A DNA stretch of 64,000 bases from Camelus ferus (taxonomy: Eukaryota): contig NC_045696.1 of assembly GCF_009834535.1 (NCBI RefSeq), positions 11,410,001 through 11,474,000 of the forward strand, read 5' to 3'. Each line of letters begins with the position of its first letter. Within the stretch, counting starts at the first letter, position 1. Both the position numbers and the translations under genes were made by a program. The notes below the pieces were generated by a model. That model saw only the letters and a list, made by a program, of their open reading frames with translations. It did not search any database and had not been told where the DNA came from. Below, in pieces: positions 26,211 through 38,133 of this stretch.

Positions 26211-27343
26211 TGGGCTTCACTGCATCTTCCCAGCGGCTGCTTTCCCAACAAGCCCACATCAGGCCACCGAAGGGCAGCCTCTGCCTTTGCGTCAGCTGTT
26301 GTTAAATTCTCCTTCCTGGACCCAAATCTGAAATGGCTGTTTTCCCATGTCAACCTCAAAGACACAAGTTTGTCATCTCCAGCCCTTTTGCATTATTATT
26401 TTTTAAGTCTGATGGATTGCTCACCAAAAAACTGACTCCTAATACTGACAACCACTTGGAACGCCCCTCCCCCAGCTCATCATGGCCACAGCCCAAAACA
26501 GGGACCATGGGACCTGATGACCTTCAGGACCCTAGACACCAGCCACACTGGGAGGCCAAAGGACAGGACATGTGGCCCTGGGGTAACCTTTCTAAACAGC
26601 TGTTATGCAGTCCTGCATTTCCCAGGTCAGTGGGGTGCTTGGGCATGGCCCCAGATCAGGGCACCAGGTTCCCGCCCTGGGAGGACTGGCGGGTGGCCCA
26701 AATCCACAGCAGATGGTTTGGCCCAGAATCAAGGGAATTCATAGCCCACACATCATAATGGGGAGGGTAGTTGGTGGGTCCAAATGGGATCACGAGCTCC
26801 AGCTCTGAGTGGTTTGGCAACATGAAAAACTCACAATACTAACATCTCCAAACCTCAAACCTCCCCTGTGTGGGAAGGAAGGACCTGCGGGGCGCTTTCC
26901 CCACCCCGATTCTGCAGGGCTGCCCTGTCTGTGCATCCCGACCTCCAGCCCCTTTAAAGTCGTGTGTGTTGCTCTCTGGGCTTGGTGGTGGGGGAGGGGG
27001 GTAGTTACGGGGGGAAACAACTTGTTGTGCCCTTTTCTTTCTAAACTACTAAATTCTTGAGCGATCTCAGCACACATCAAGTCCAGCCAAAGATTAGGTC
27101 TTAAAACCAGGGTCAGATCTCTATTCATGCCATTGTGCAACAAATGTTGGCCAAATGCCTATCATGCTCCAGGCCCAGCTGGGCCTGGGAATACAAGATG
27201 AGAAAGCTATGGTTCTGAAGCTTGAAGAGCAGCTGTGAGTAGAAGGGGCAAGACAGATGCAGAAACAGACAACTGTAAACTAACACAGTAAGTTAGTGCT
27301 CAGGATATGCACCAACAGTTACAGGAGAATCAGAGAGGGCCAC

Positions 27344-27826
27344 TGCATTTGACTAAATAACGCCCTCCCCCCAAAGATCTTAATAATCCCCAGAACCTAC
27401 AGGCGTTACATTTTATGGCAAAAGGAACGTAGCAGATGTGATTAAATTAAGGATGTAAGGATGTTACCACGGGGGAGAGGGTCCGGGATTATCTAGGGGG
27501 GCCAGTTAATCACAAAGGTCCTTACAAAATGGAAGGGGAGGGTCAGGGTCAGAAAAAAGAGGTGTGATGGAGGCCGAGATAGGTGCTGAAGTGATGTGCT
27601 CTGAAGTGGCCAAGCCAAGGAATACAGGCGGCCACTAGAAGCTGAAAAGACAGAGAAACAGATTCTCCCTTCAGAGCCCTGAGAAGAAACCAGCCCTGAC
27701 AGCACCTTGAGTTTAGCCCCATAGGACTCATGTCAGACCTCTGACCTCCAGAGATGTAGGAGAATACATTTGTATCATTTAAGCCGCTAAGTTTGTGGTT
27801 GTTTGTTAGAGCAACAATAAAAAACA
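27344..27826 (+). mobile_element. MLT1 (MLT1D-like) solo LTR inserted in an L2
   Basis: gcagatgtgattaaattaagg...ttaagccgctaagtttgtggttgtttgttagagcaacaata; L2-like sequence on both sides. Confidence 0.8.
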
Positions 27827-27979
27827 GGCATGTGGGGACCCATTCCAGGAGGGTAGGAATGGGGACAATGATATCTCCTTGGGGACAGAACATTGGCCAT
27901 AGTCTTAGAAAATGGACAGGAAAAGTGAGAGAGAGGGCCCACCCAGCACCGGAGACAGCAGATACATGCAGGGAAATAT

Positions 27980-28740
27980 GAGCAGCTGAGCATGGCTAAA
28001 GCACGAAGTTATAGGCAAGGAACGGTGAGAGTTGAGCTTGGAAGACAGGCAGGGGCCAGATTGCACTGAGCCCTGTGTTCTTGCTAAGCAGAGAGGAGTC
28101 TAGCCTATGGGTGTTAGGGAGCCAATGAGGGGCCCTAAGCAGGTGAGTGACATGGTCAGAGTTTAACATTAGGAAAAGCAGTGGCCAAGAGGACAAAGGA
28201 TGGATTTCAGATCAGTTAGATAGTTGTTGCAATAAGCTTGACCCAAAATGATAAAGATTGTTGTAAGGGCTATTGAAAGGAAGTGGTTACAGTGAAAGGA
28301 TGAAAAAAGCAAGATCCTGAGACTGGTTGAACATTGGAGCCAAAAGGGAAGAATCAAGCATGACAGCCAGGATTCTGGCCCCGGGGACCTCGGTGCAGAA
28401 GAAAGGAGAGAATAGAGGAAAGAGAGCAGATTTAGGTGGGACACTGGTCCTTCTGGAGCTGTACATGCTGACTTTGAGGTACCTAAGGGATAGCTGAGAT
28501 TTCCAGCCAGAAATTGGACACTCACGTCTGAAGTTCAGGAGGATCTAGATGTTAACAACTTCAGGAGTTTAAACAACGAAAGTTAAGTGTGATGGCTGGG
28601 AGGTGAGGGTGGGAGGTGGAACACCAACATTTATAAAGCAGGTGAGAGAAGAGGAAATCCAGAGGGAGACCAAGAAGGGAGAGTCAAAGAGATGAGAGGA
28701 GAATCACAGGACTGGGAGAGTAGAGAGTTTCTAGGGGGAA
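27980..28740 (-). mobile_element. L2 LINE fragment
   Basis: gacatggtcagagtttaacatt, aagcatgacagccaggattctgg, tctgaagttcaggag. Confidence 0.6.
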
Positions 28741-28743
28741 AAA

Positions 28744-29085
28744 ATGTATGAGTCAGCAAAGGCTGCTGTAACAAAATACCACAGATTGCTGGAAGTCAGG
28801 GTTGGTCAGTAGGGTTGGTGTCTCCTGAGGTCTCTCTCCACAACTTGTATAGATGTCAGTCTTCTCACTGTGTCCTTACATGGTCTTTCCTCTGTGTTTT
28901 TGCATCCAGGGTGTATTTTCCTCTACTTATAAGGCCCCCTAGTCTTACCCTATTTGGGGCCCACCGTTATAACCCTGTTTACCCCTAATTACCACCTTAA
29001 AAGTCCTCTCTTCAAGTACAGTCACATTGGGGTTAGGGCTTCAATGCATGAATTTGGGAGGTGGGGGGCGTGATTCAGTCCGTAA
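28744..29085 (-). mobile_element. MLT1 solo LTR
   Basis: ggctgctgtaacaaaataccacag...gggttagggcttcaa. Confidence 0.8.
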
Positions 29086-29437
29086 GAGAGAGAGTCCAGT
29101 GAAATAAACAAAAAACATTCATTGTGTTTGGCAAGGAGGAAGTTTCTAATGATGCTGGAGAACACTTTCAGGGAAGAGACAGGAGAAGATGCCAGAAGAC
29201 AGTGATGCCTGCTGGATGGAACAGCATGAAGAGACGGAGGCAACGAATGTGAGGGCATCTTTAATAAATTTGGATCTATTGGGATGAGAAGTGAAAGAGA
29301 CAACAGATCCAAGTTGGAACTGTGTGGGGTCAATGTAGGGCAGGACTGGAGTGGCTCACTGTGGTGTACGGACAGCTTTGTGGGGAATTTCTGGGGGTGG
29401 CTCCTCGCCAGATGACATGTGGTCCTTCTAAGGAGAG

Positions 29438-29943
29438 TGTATTATTCAGGGTTCCCCAGAGAAAGAAAACCAATAGATTATACATATATAGAAAGAGAGA
29501 GAGAGAGATTTTTTTATGAGGAATTGGCTCCTGTGATTATGGAGACAGAAGTCCCACAGTCTGCCCTCTACAAGCTAGAGACCCAAGAAAGCTGGTAATA
29601 TAATTTCATCCAAATCCAAAGACATGAGAACCAGAGAAGCATCTGGTGTAAATCTTAGTTCAATAGCCAGAGAAGATGAGATGAGGTGTCCCAGCTGAGC
29701 AGTGAGGCAGTAAAAAAAAAAAAAAGGGGGGAGAATCTCTCCTACCTCCGCCTTTGGTTCTCTCCAGACCCTCAATGGTTGGATGACGCCCATCCACATC
29801 GGGGAGGTGAGCGTCTGCTTTTCTGAGTTCACTGATCTGAATGTTAATCTCATCTGGAAACGCCCTCACAGACACACCCAAAATAATGATGAATCTGGGC
29901 ACTTTGTGGCCAGACATGTTGACAGGTAAAATTAATCATCACA
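29438..29943 (-). mobile_element. MLT2 (ERVL) solo LTR
   Basis: agggttccccagagaaa...aatgttaatctcatctggaaacgccctcacagacacaccc...aaaattaatcatcaca. Confidence 0.85.
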
Positions 29944-30169
29944 GACAAGATAAACACTTCTACGTGTTTGCTCCATGAATATCTGCCCATCCACTGAAGT
30001 GGATTTCTGTGAATCCAAAGGGGTGCCCTGTGAGACTGGAAGTCAAAGACAGATCTTCAAAGGGGCTTGCTGTAACCTGTCTGCCTGGAGGCAGCAGGAC
30101 CTCCTACACCAAGCAGGCAGGTCTGTGCCAGAGGGTTGAAGAGGACGTGACTGCTGCCTCAAGCCTGAG

Positions 30170-31075
30170 TAAAAATGATGGTGGTTTTAGGAGCAAAGAG
30201 TCTCAAATTTTTGCATTAAAAAAAAACAAAAAAACAATGAGCAAGCTAGACATTTGACTTTTTTTTTAAAGCATTTGGAAAAAAAGCCAAGAACAGATGG
30301 CAAAGAAAAGAGTTTTTGATTGTCATGGAAGATTTAAGAAAGGAAGGAGACGGTTCAGCGATGGAGCAGGGGGGAGTTGCCTTGTCACTCAGAAGAGCAA
30401 TGGAAATGCTGAAAGGTCAGCACGTTGGACAATTAATTGTGAGCATGACGGCTCAAGTGTTACATTCAGATGCAAGAGGACTTGAACACCAGGGAAATTT
30501 CTGTGAAAACTTGCCAAGGATTTTGATTGATGAACTTAAAAGCAAAAACCCTTGGCATTTGCTCTGACTTTTCAAGGGGTGTTTGAAGAAATAAAGAAAC
30601 CACACATGTTTTTGAGAAAAATAGTAACTGATCATGCAACATGGTGTTTCTATTATGATCCAGAAGCTTAAGTGTCAACGTTTGTGGTAGAAAACTTCAA
30701 CAACCCTAAGTCTGAGGAAAAGCACTCATTTCAAAACAAAAAGGAAGTATTCATTTGTTTTTTTTACATCAGTGACATTGTTCATGCTCAATTCATCTCG
30801 CAAAAGCTGAGAGTTGATCAGATTTTTTTTATGCATAAACAGAAAAGTGATTGGGAAATGTTAAATACTTTTTTTAAAGACTGTCTATGATTTGCATCTC
30901 ACCACCGGCATTGCTTTGGCTCACCACTTACATTCTGTCACATCGTTATTTGACTCTATTACCAAACTATTTCACCAGATAAGATTCCAAATGACTTTTG
31001 GTTGTTGAAGTATTTTTTAAATCCACTCAAAAAGGAATTGGACTTGACACTGTTGGTGGCATTCGGAAGTACATA
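30170..31075 (+). mobile_element. Fossil mariner transposase, N-terminal and catalytic part
   Basis: Frameshifted peptides EQRV..FC.K, AKKRVFDCHGRFKKGR, KIVTDHATWCFYYDPE, SPDKIPNDFWL resemble mariner HTH, IVTGDETW..YDPE and YSPDLAP.DF.L motifs. Confidence 0.8.
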
Positions 31076-32065
31076 ATGAATCAGAGCTCCTTAGAAAAAT
31101 GGCTGATTCTAGGACTGGGGCAGAGAAAACACAAGATGAGCCTGGAGCACCTAGGAGTGCTAGAAAATAAGGGAGTGCTCAAAAAACAAAAGAAAAGAAG
31201 CATATCAAGGGGACACAGGAACCAATCTGAAAGTTATTGATGGACAAGACTGGACCAATTTGGGCGACAAAATAAATTGTGCATATTGAGTTATAACTTA
31301 AAGTACAGAGCAGATGTCCCTGAGTCCATACCAATATTAATAAGTGATTGAAAGAATAAATAAATGGGAGGAAAGAGATACATCTTCCTTAAAGAAGAAT
31401 TTCAAATAATGTGTGTAATACTCCTTCTTCCAGGAGGTAGAGCTCGATTCCACCTCTTTCCACTTAGTCACTGACTTCTAAAAACTATAGTAGAGAAAGG
31501 GAAAAACAGGAACTTGACAATGGAGAAACCTGGCAAAACCTACCTTAACCAAATAACTGAGGGCCATGTCATCATGGTGCCATGTGGCTCCCATGTACTC
31601 CCTAATACAAGGTGATGAGAAGAGCACTTCTCCTCTCCTTACAAGGACCCATACACATCCCAGTCTAATCAAGGAAACCAACAGACAAGCCCAGATTAAA
31701 GACATTCTACAGGACACCTGGTCAGTACTCCTCCAGACTCTCAAGTTCCTGAAAAACAACAAAAGACTGAGAAACTGCCACAGACCAGAGGAGACTGGGG
31801 TGACACGACAACTAAATGCAATATGGTTCCCTGGATTGGATCCTGGAAGAGAAAGAAGGCGTTCATGGGAAAACTGGTAAGATCCAAACAAAGTATCTAG
31901 AGTTTAGTTAATAGTAATGCACCAACATCAGTTTCTTAGTTGTGACAAATACACTCTGATAATGTAAGATGTTAACAATGGGGGAAACTGGGTGAGGAGT
32001 TTATAGGTGACGGGAATTCTTTGTACTATCTTTGTGAATCTAAAATTTTTCCGAAATAAGAAAAG
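31075..32065 (+). mobile_element. L1 (L1MC-like) 3' fragment nested in the mariner fossil
   Basis: ggagaaacctggcaaa, aagactgagaaactgccacagaccagagg, aagatgttaacaatgggggaaactggg. Confidence 0.8.
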
Positions 32066-32067
32066 TC

Positions 32068-32632
32068 TAATTCAAAAAGATATAGGCACCCCAATGTTCA
32101 TAGCAGCACTATTTACAATAGCCAAGACATGGAAGCAACCTAAGTGCCCACTGACAGAGGAATGGATAAAGAAAATGTGGTATATATAATACAATGGAAT
32201 ATTACTTAGCCATAAAAATGAAATAATGCCATTTGCAGCAATATGAATGGACCTGGAGATTATCATACTAAGTGAAATAAGTAAAATATCAAGTGAAAGA
32301 CAAATATCAAGTGTTATCACTTATATGTGGAATCTAAAGAAATGACACAAATGAACTTACTTACAAAGCAGAAAGTGACTCACAGAGATAGAAAGCAACC
32401 TTACGGTTACCAAAGGTAGCATCATGGGGGAGATAAATTGGGAGTTTAGGATTAGCAGATACAAACTACTATATACAGAATAGATAAATGACAAGTTTCT
32501 ACTGTAAAGCACAGGGAACTATATTCAATAGCTTCTAATAACCTAAAATGAAAAAGAGTATGAAAGAGAATATGTATATGTACAACTACGCTGTACACTA
32601 TGTTGTAAATCAACTATACTTCCATTAAAAAT
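32068..32632 (+). mobile_element. Younger cetartiodactyl/camelid-type L1 3' end
   Basis: Well-preserved TPMFIAALFTIAKTWKQPKCP..EWIKKMWYI plus 3'UTR ...gcacagggaactatattcaata...gtaaatcaactatacttc. Confidence 0.9.
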
Positions 32633-32674
32633 TTTTTTTAATTTTTCAAAATAAAATCATTTTTTAAAAAAAGA

Positions 32675-32790
32675 CTACTGTGAATTCCAAGGGCAATACC
32701 AAAACAGAATTCCACAATAACAATTTGAAAAATGGCAGGAACACTAGTTAGACTCTGAGTTCATTCTCTCAAGGGGCTGAACTCGACTGT
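32675..32790 (+). mobile_element. Mariner transposase C-terminal remnant (continuation of 30170-31075)
   Basis: gcaataccaaaacagaattccac...tttgaaaaatggcaggaacac...tctcaagggg reads, with frameshifts, AIPK.EF...FEKWQEH...SQG. Confidence 0.6.
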
Positions 32791-33786
32791 TTTTGTTTTA
32801 TTTCGGTGAGGCATCTCTCCCTAGGAAGTGAGGCAACTTCAATGCCGATCAAGGCTGAGAATGCAGGTCCCCCACTCTGGTGCTCCGTGTGACAGCACAA
32901 CACCACTGCCACAGGATAGCTTACACTTCTATAGCATTTACTTTGTACCCAACTGTTCTAAGCATCTTGTATATATTAACCATTTAATCCTCATTTACCC
33001 TATTACCCTGAATTCCTATTTTGCAGAAGATTCTAGATTTGATGCGTCTTCCACTGCACCATGCTAAATGGCATGAGTGGAGAGTGGGTTTCATGCCTCC
33101 ATGTGGAGTTTGTACCAGCCCTTGCTAGCCCTTCATCCTTGGAGGATGAAACAAACAGGATTTGTGAATGGACTAGATGTGGGAGGTGAGAGGAGAGTGT
33201 GGTCCAGGATGATGCTCAGGATGGGGCTTGGGCAAGGAAGAGTCTGCAATGCCCTTTATTACAAGAGGGAGCTCAAGAGAAGCTGCTCGGAAGGATGAGA
33301 TCATTAGTTTTGGATACACTGAATTGAACGTGGACCTTCTCTGGGGCTTGATAAGCATGCTTGAAGCTCCAGAGAATATTCTGATCTGAATATAGAGTTT
33401 TAGGGCCAATCACATCAATACTTCATAAACCCCTGAACATAGCATTCCCACAATTAAACGCCTCCTCACCTCTAAGTTGTCCCTCTGAGTGGTTCTTTTG
33501 TGAAAGTCTACATCAGAAGGTGACCAGAGCATCAACCCGGCCCCAGAGTCTGCCTTCCTTGGGGTGGACCTGCCGGTCACTACACGTGATGAGATGTGGA
33601 TTCCTCTCCTTCCTGCCTCTAAACATTCCAAAGGCCCTACCCAAAGCATCACTTCCTAACACCCTCAATTCTTGACATCTCAAGACTTCACAGAGTTGAC
33701 TGTCCTGTTGTGCCCAAAGCCCTGTGTCAGGTCCAGACTTACCAGGCCTCTAGACCTGATGACAGTGGGAGAGAGTCCCTAACCAG

Positions 33787-34207
33787 TGGATTGGGTTGAA
33801 TAGTGTCTCTATGTCCACCTGGAGCCTCAGAATGTGACCTGACTTGGAAATAGGAGTATGACAGATATAATTAGTTAAGATAAGATACTGAGTTAGAGAG
33901 GGCCCTAATCCAATGACTGGTGTCTTTGTAAGAAGGCCATATGAAGACACACAAAGAAAAATGGCAAGTGAAGATGGAGGCAGACATTGGAGTCATGAGC
34001 CTACAGCCAAAGGTTGCCAAGGATTGCCAAGAACTGCCTGGAGCTGGAGGAGGCAAGGAAGGATCCTCCCTTAGAACCTTCAAAGAGGGCGTGGCCCTGC
34101 TTGATTTCAAACATCTCTTCACCAGCACTGTAAGAGAATAAATTTCTGTTGTTTTCAGCCACCAAGCTTGGGGTACTTTCTCACAGCAGTCCTAGGAAAC
34201 TAACACA
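33787..34207 (+). mobile_element. MLT1 solo LTR
   Basis: gagcctcagaatgtgacc...agaataaatttctgttgttttcagccacc...ggaaactaacaca. Confidence 0.8.
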
Positions 34208-34214
34208 GCCAAAT

Positions 34215-34664
34215 AATGCAATGAGAAGACCTGTGAGATATGGAACATACACATGGACAATGGCCAGATCACATAGAGCAATGGAACCCTGATTCTCAAC
34301 CTCTGCAGTAACCAGCCTGCAAACCCAAACCACACCGTCTGCAGCAATCAGCCCAGCCTTCAGGACTTGGTCAGTGGCTGCCAACTCCCCCTAATTTCAC
34401 CCCTGCTTCCTACTCTGCTCCCCTAACCAATCACATAGGATGTCCTGCTTTCAGTTAGCCTGCCTCCAGCTTCTCCATGACAACAGCCTCCAATGGAGCA
34501 CACCTGAAGCCTTCCCTTGATTCCACTATGCAGCTTTCCCCCTCCGCTGCCTGCAGCTGAGTCTCTGCCAATTGCCAAGTGATGGTTCTGACTCCCTTGC
34601 TACAGTGAGCTCTGAGAAATAGCCTCTGTTTGTTCTCATTGGGTGGTCGTCATTATTTCCACAC
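34215..34664 (+). mobile_element. ERV1-type solo LTR (MER34/MER39-like)
   Basis: caacctctgcagtaaccagcc, gcagcaatcagccc, ctaaccaatcacatagga, ends ...tatttccaca. Confidence 0.6.
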
Positions 34665-34678
34665 CTGGAATCTGCGGG

Positions 34679-35088
34679 TGTATGAGTTACAAGGGTTGCC
34701 ATAACAAAACACCACAAACTGGGTGGCTTAAGCAACAGAAATTTATTTTCTCCCAGCTCTGGAGGCTGGAAGTCCAAGATCAAGGTGCTGGCAGGTTGCT
34801 TTCTCCTGAGGCCTGTCTCCTTGGCTTACATGTGGCTGCCTTCTCTCTGTGTCCTCACTTGGCCTTTCCTCTGTGCTCAGGCATCCCTGGTGTCTCTCTG
34901 TGTGATCAAATTTCCTCTTCTTGTAAGGACACTGGTCACATTGGATTAGGGCCAACCCTAACAGCAGCCTCAATTTAACTTAATTACCTCTTTAAAGGCT
35001 CTCCTGCCAAATACATTCATATCCCGAGATACTGGGGATTATGGCTTCAATATATGACTTGTGGGAGGACACGACTCAGCCCAGAGCA
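34679..35088 (-). mobile_element. MLT1 solo LTR
   Basis: gccataacaaaacaccacaaactgggtggcttaagcaacagaaatttattttctc. Confidence 0.85.
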
Positions 35089-35784
35089 GTTTGGAAGAGA
35101 CCAGGTCAGCTGGGGTGAGACAGAGTTGTGTGAATGCCATCTTGATTAGCCATCATGTCTCCCTTGTAAAAATGCATCATCTGTTTGCAGCTTTTAGGTG
35201 ATTTGTGAGCAGCAGAGCTGAAAGATGGGGGTGACAAGACATGAAGTAAATAGAAAGAGCATCTCAGAGAAGAGCTTGGGCCTCAGTAAACTGGCCTAGT
35301 CAACAGCTGCATGGGTGGAGGGGGAGCCAGGTGACTGTCCCAGCTTCTTCCATAATCACGGCACCTTCTTGCCAAATCTCCATATAGTCACCAAAGGGAA
35401 ACAGTCAAAAGGACATACATGCATTTGAGAAATGGGGACAATGGCTTCACCACACAACCAAGACCCATGATTAGTTGTTTCCAGGGTGGCAAATGGGCCT
35501 GTGTTAGGAGGAGGCAGAACTCGGGCTGTGCTCTGTGAAAGATGCCAGTACCCAAACTTAGAGTCCTATTTATTTACCAGGTCCTCCACTTTAATGTTTA
35601 TAACATATTTGAGGACCTGTGCTCTGGATTAGAGGAATATTTTCCTTTCCCTTAAGTGCCCTTCAGTCAACTACTAATCTTTCATCTAACTCCTCTCAGC
35701 ATTTACTCTTAATCCTATTTATTCATCAGTCCACCTACCAATCATCCATTCGCTATCAATCCAAACTGATCACCAATTCACCAC

Positions 35785-35885
35785 TATCCATCTACCATCC
35801 ACTACCCATCTATCCATCTATCCATCCATCCATCATCCATCCATCCATCCATCCATCATTCACCCATCCATCCACCACCCATCAA
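35785..35885 (+). repeat. (CCAT)n simple repeat
   Basis: Directly visible. Confidence 0.85.
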
Positions 35886-37204
35886 CATGTCAGATGTACT
35901 CATGGAGGACTAGAAGTGTTCAGGGGAAGGTAAGACAAATCATTTGGGAATGTGGAAAGAGCAGTTCCACATACTCTCTTCCCTCAAACACAAATCAGTT
36001 TCCTTCTTTCTAATATGGTCGTCACCATGTCCATCCTCTGGCCCAAAATTTGCGAAAGGGAGCGAGCAGACCCCAGACGTCATGACACTCCTAAGCAACT
36101 CCAGGGCATCATTCAATTCTGGGCTCTTCACGCCAGGAAGTGGGAAGAGAACTGACCGTGAAGGTAGATAGTTGGAGTTCTTCGTGCCCCTGTCTCTATT
36201 CTGGCCTCAGATGCATCATCCGTACCCTGACCTCTGCTTCTTAAAATTATTCCCTGAAGTATGCAAAGCTGAGAGGACAATCAGGGACGGAGTCACAACA
36301 TTCACACTGATTTTGCATCTGAATCCATGACACATGGTAGTTTTAAGGGGGAAAAAAAAAAGGTGTTACCTTTTTTTTTTTCAAATCAGCAGTGAGTTAC
36401 AAAAACTCTGCTCCAAGCAGTCACTTCGTGCTTATCCTGGAAACCCGTATTTCTTGCTGCTCTTTGTGGACTGCCCCAAACTTTTGGGAGCACTGAACCC
36501 AGGACTAGGTGACCCCCAGTTCCTTGTGATTCTGTGACTTGGGCCTGGATGTTCTGAAAATGAGATTGGCTCACACAGTTGAAGCGGCCATGGGTGGGAA
36601 GGATCTGAATGGGCTCTTTGGGGCTCTCTGACTCAGACCGCTTTCCGCGGAGGGGATGCTGGTCCCGTGCTGCGTCATTCAGGTGTGAGTAATGGCCCCG
36701 ATTTGTCTACGAGGCATCACACAGCTCCACATCTGCTCTCAATTTAGACTTGTTCCCTAAAACGTTGACTAAGCTCTCTCTTTTCATAAGCAAGCAAGAG
36801 CCCATTTTTGAGAGGCTGTTCACAAAGAGAATGGGAGATGTCTTGAATGGAATGCGATTTGAGTACCAGGGCCACGCTCTGTTCTGCGCAGAGGAAGCAG
36901 GGATGAATCCGAGATGGGGTAGGGGGGACGAAGTAGCAGCGGCAGACTTGTGACCAGGACACTCTCCTGACACGTCGCCCTGCCTGTGGAGGGCAGCCAG
37001 CATTGGAAATCTACCAAAAACAAAACAGGAAGGAGCTCTCTCTCTCTTTCTTGCAGGTAGTGGGTTCCTAAAATGAAACATCTGTGGTCTGTGACAGCAT
37101 TAATCCTGGTTCTGTGAACTGGGCGAGCTACCTAAACGTACATGTGAAACAGAAACAACTCACCCACTTCACAGGGGCCTTGTGAGGACTAAAGCAGGAG
37201 GCCT

Positions 37205-37353
37205 GGGGGGGGACGGGGGAGGGTAGAGCTCAGTAGTAGAGTGAGTGTTTAGCACGCATGAGGTCCTGGGTTCGATCCCCTGTACCCCCATTAAAATACA
37301 TATAAATAAGTAAACCTAATTACTTGCCGCCCCCCCCACCAAACAACAAAAAA
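37205..37353 (+). mobile_element. tRNA-derived SINE, Vic-1-like (camelid)
   Basis: ggggagggtagagctcagtagtagag...catgaggtcctgggttcgatcccc; B-box 37270-37278; TSD core caggaggc (37195-37202, 37356-37363). Confidence 0.85.
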
Positions 37354-37741
37354 CCCAGGAGGCTTAAGGGCCAAAATCTGTGTGGCTTGTTCTTCTCTGC
37401 AGTTTATACATTTTTAAAGGGTTGTTAAAATTAAAGCAAAACATGAAAAAGAACATAGGACAGACTGCATGGTCATCTGCTAAGCGTAAAGGACTTGCTA
37501 CCGGGCCCTTTACGGAAAAGTCTGTGGGTCTCTGGATTGAAGGAAGAAAGACACTTGAAAATACCTGGCACAGGGCCTGGCACACAGGGGACGTTTGGTA
37601 AAGGTAGAATTTCACCACCAAAAGAGGATGGTTTTCAGGGAGTAATTTAGTTGTAAGAAAAGGGTAAATGAGATTCAACATATGGGACAAAATCTGTAGG
37701 GTTTGTAGAATATATAAATATTTCTATTTGGCCTCCCCCCA

Positions 37742-38133
37742 TGTTAGTCTGCTAGGGCTGCCATAACAAAATGCCACACACCGGGCGGCATAAACAACAG
37801 ACGTTGCTTTTCTCACAGCTCTGGGGGCCACAAGTCCAAGATCAAGGTGTCGGCAGGTTCGGTGTCCCCCTTGGCCTCGCTCCTTGGCTGGCAGATGGCT
37901 GCCTCCTCCTCGTGTCTTCCCATGGTCCTCTCTCTGTCTGGTGTCCCTCTGTGGGTCCAAATTTCCTCTTCTTAAAGAACACCAGTCAGACTGGATCAGG
38001 CCCACCCCGATGGAGGCCTTATTTTTATTCACCTCTTTAAAAACTGTGTCTCCAAATACAGCCACATCTGAGGTGCTGGGGGTTAGGCCTTCGACAGATG
38101 AGTTTTGTGGGGAAAACAACTCAGCCCATAACA
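37742..38133 (-). mobile_element. MLT1 solo LTR
   Basis: ctagggctgccataacaaaatgccaca...tctccaaatacagccacatctgagg...cagcccataaca. Confidence 0.85.

Noticed and set aside
37215..37290. tRNA-like sequence with A/B boxes (also 44275-44350)
   Set aside because: SINE heads with tails and TSDs, not tRNA genes
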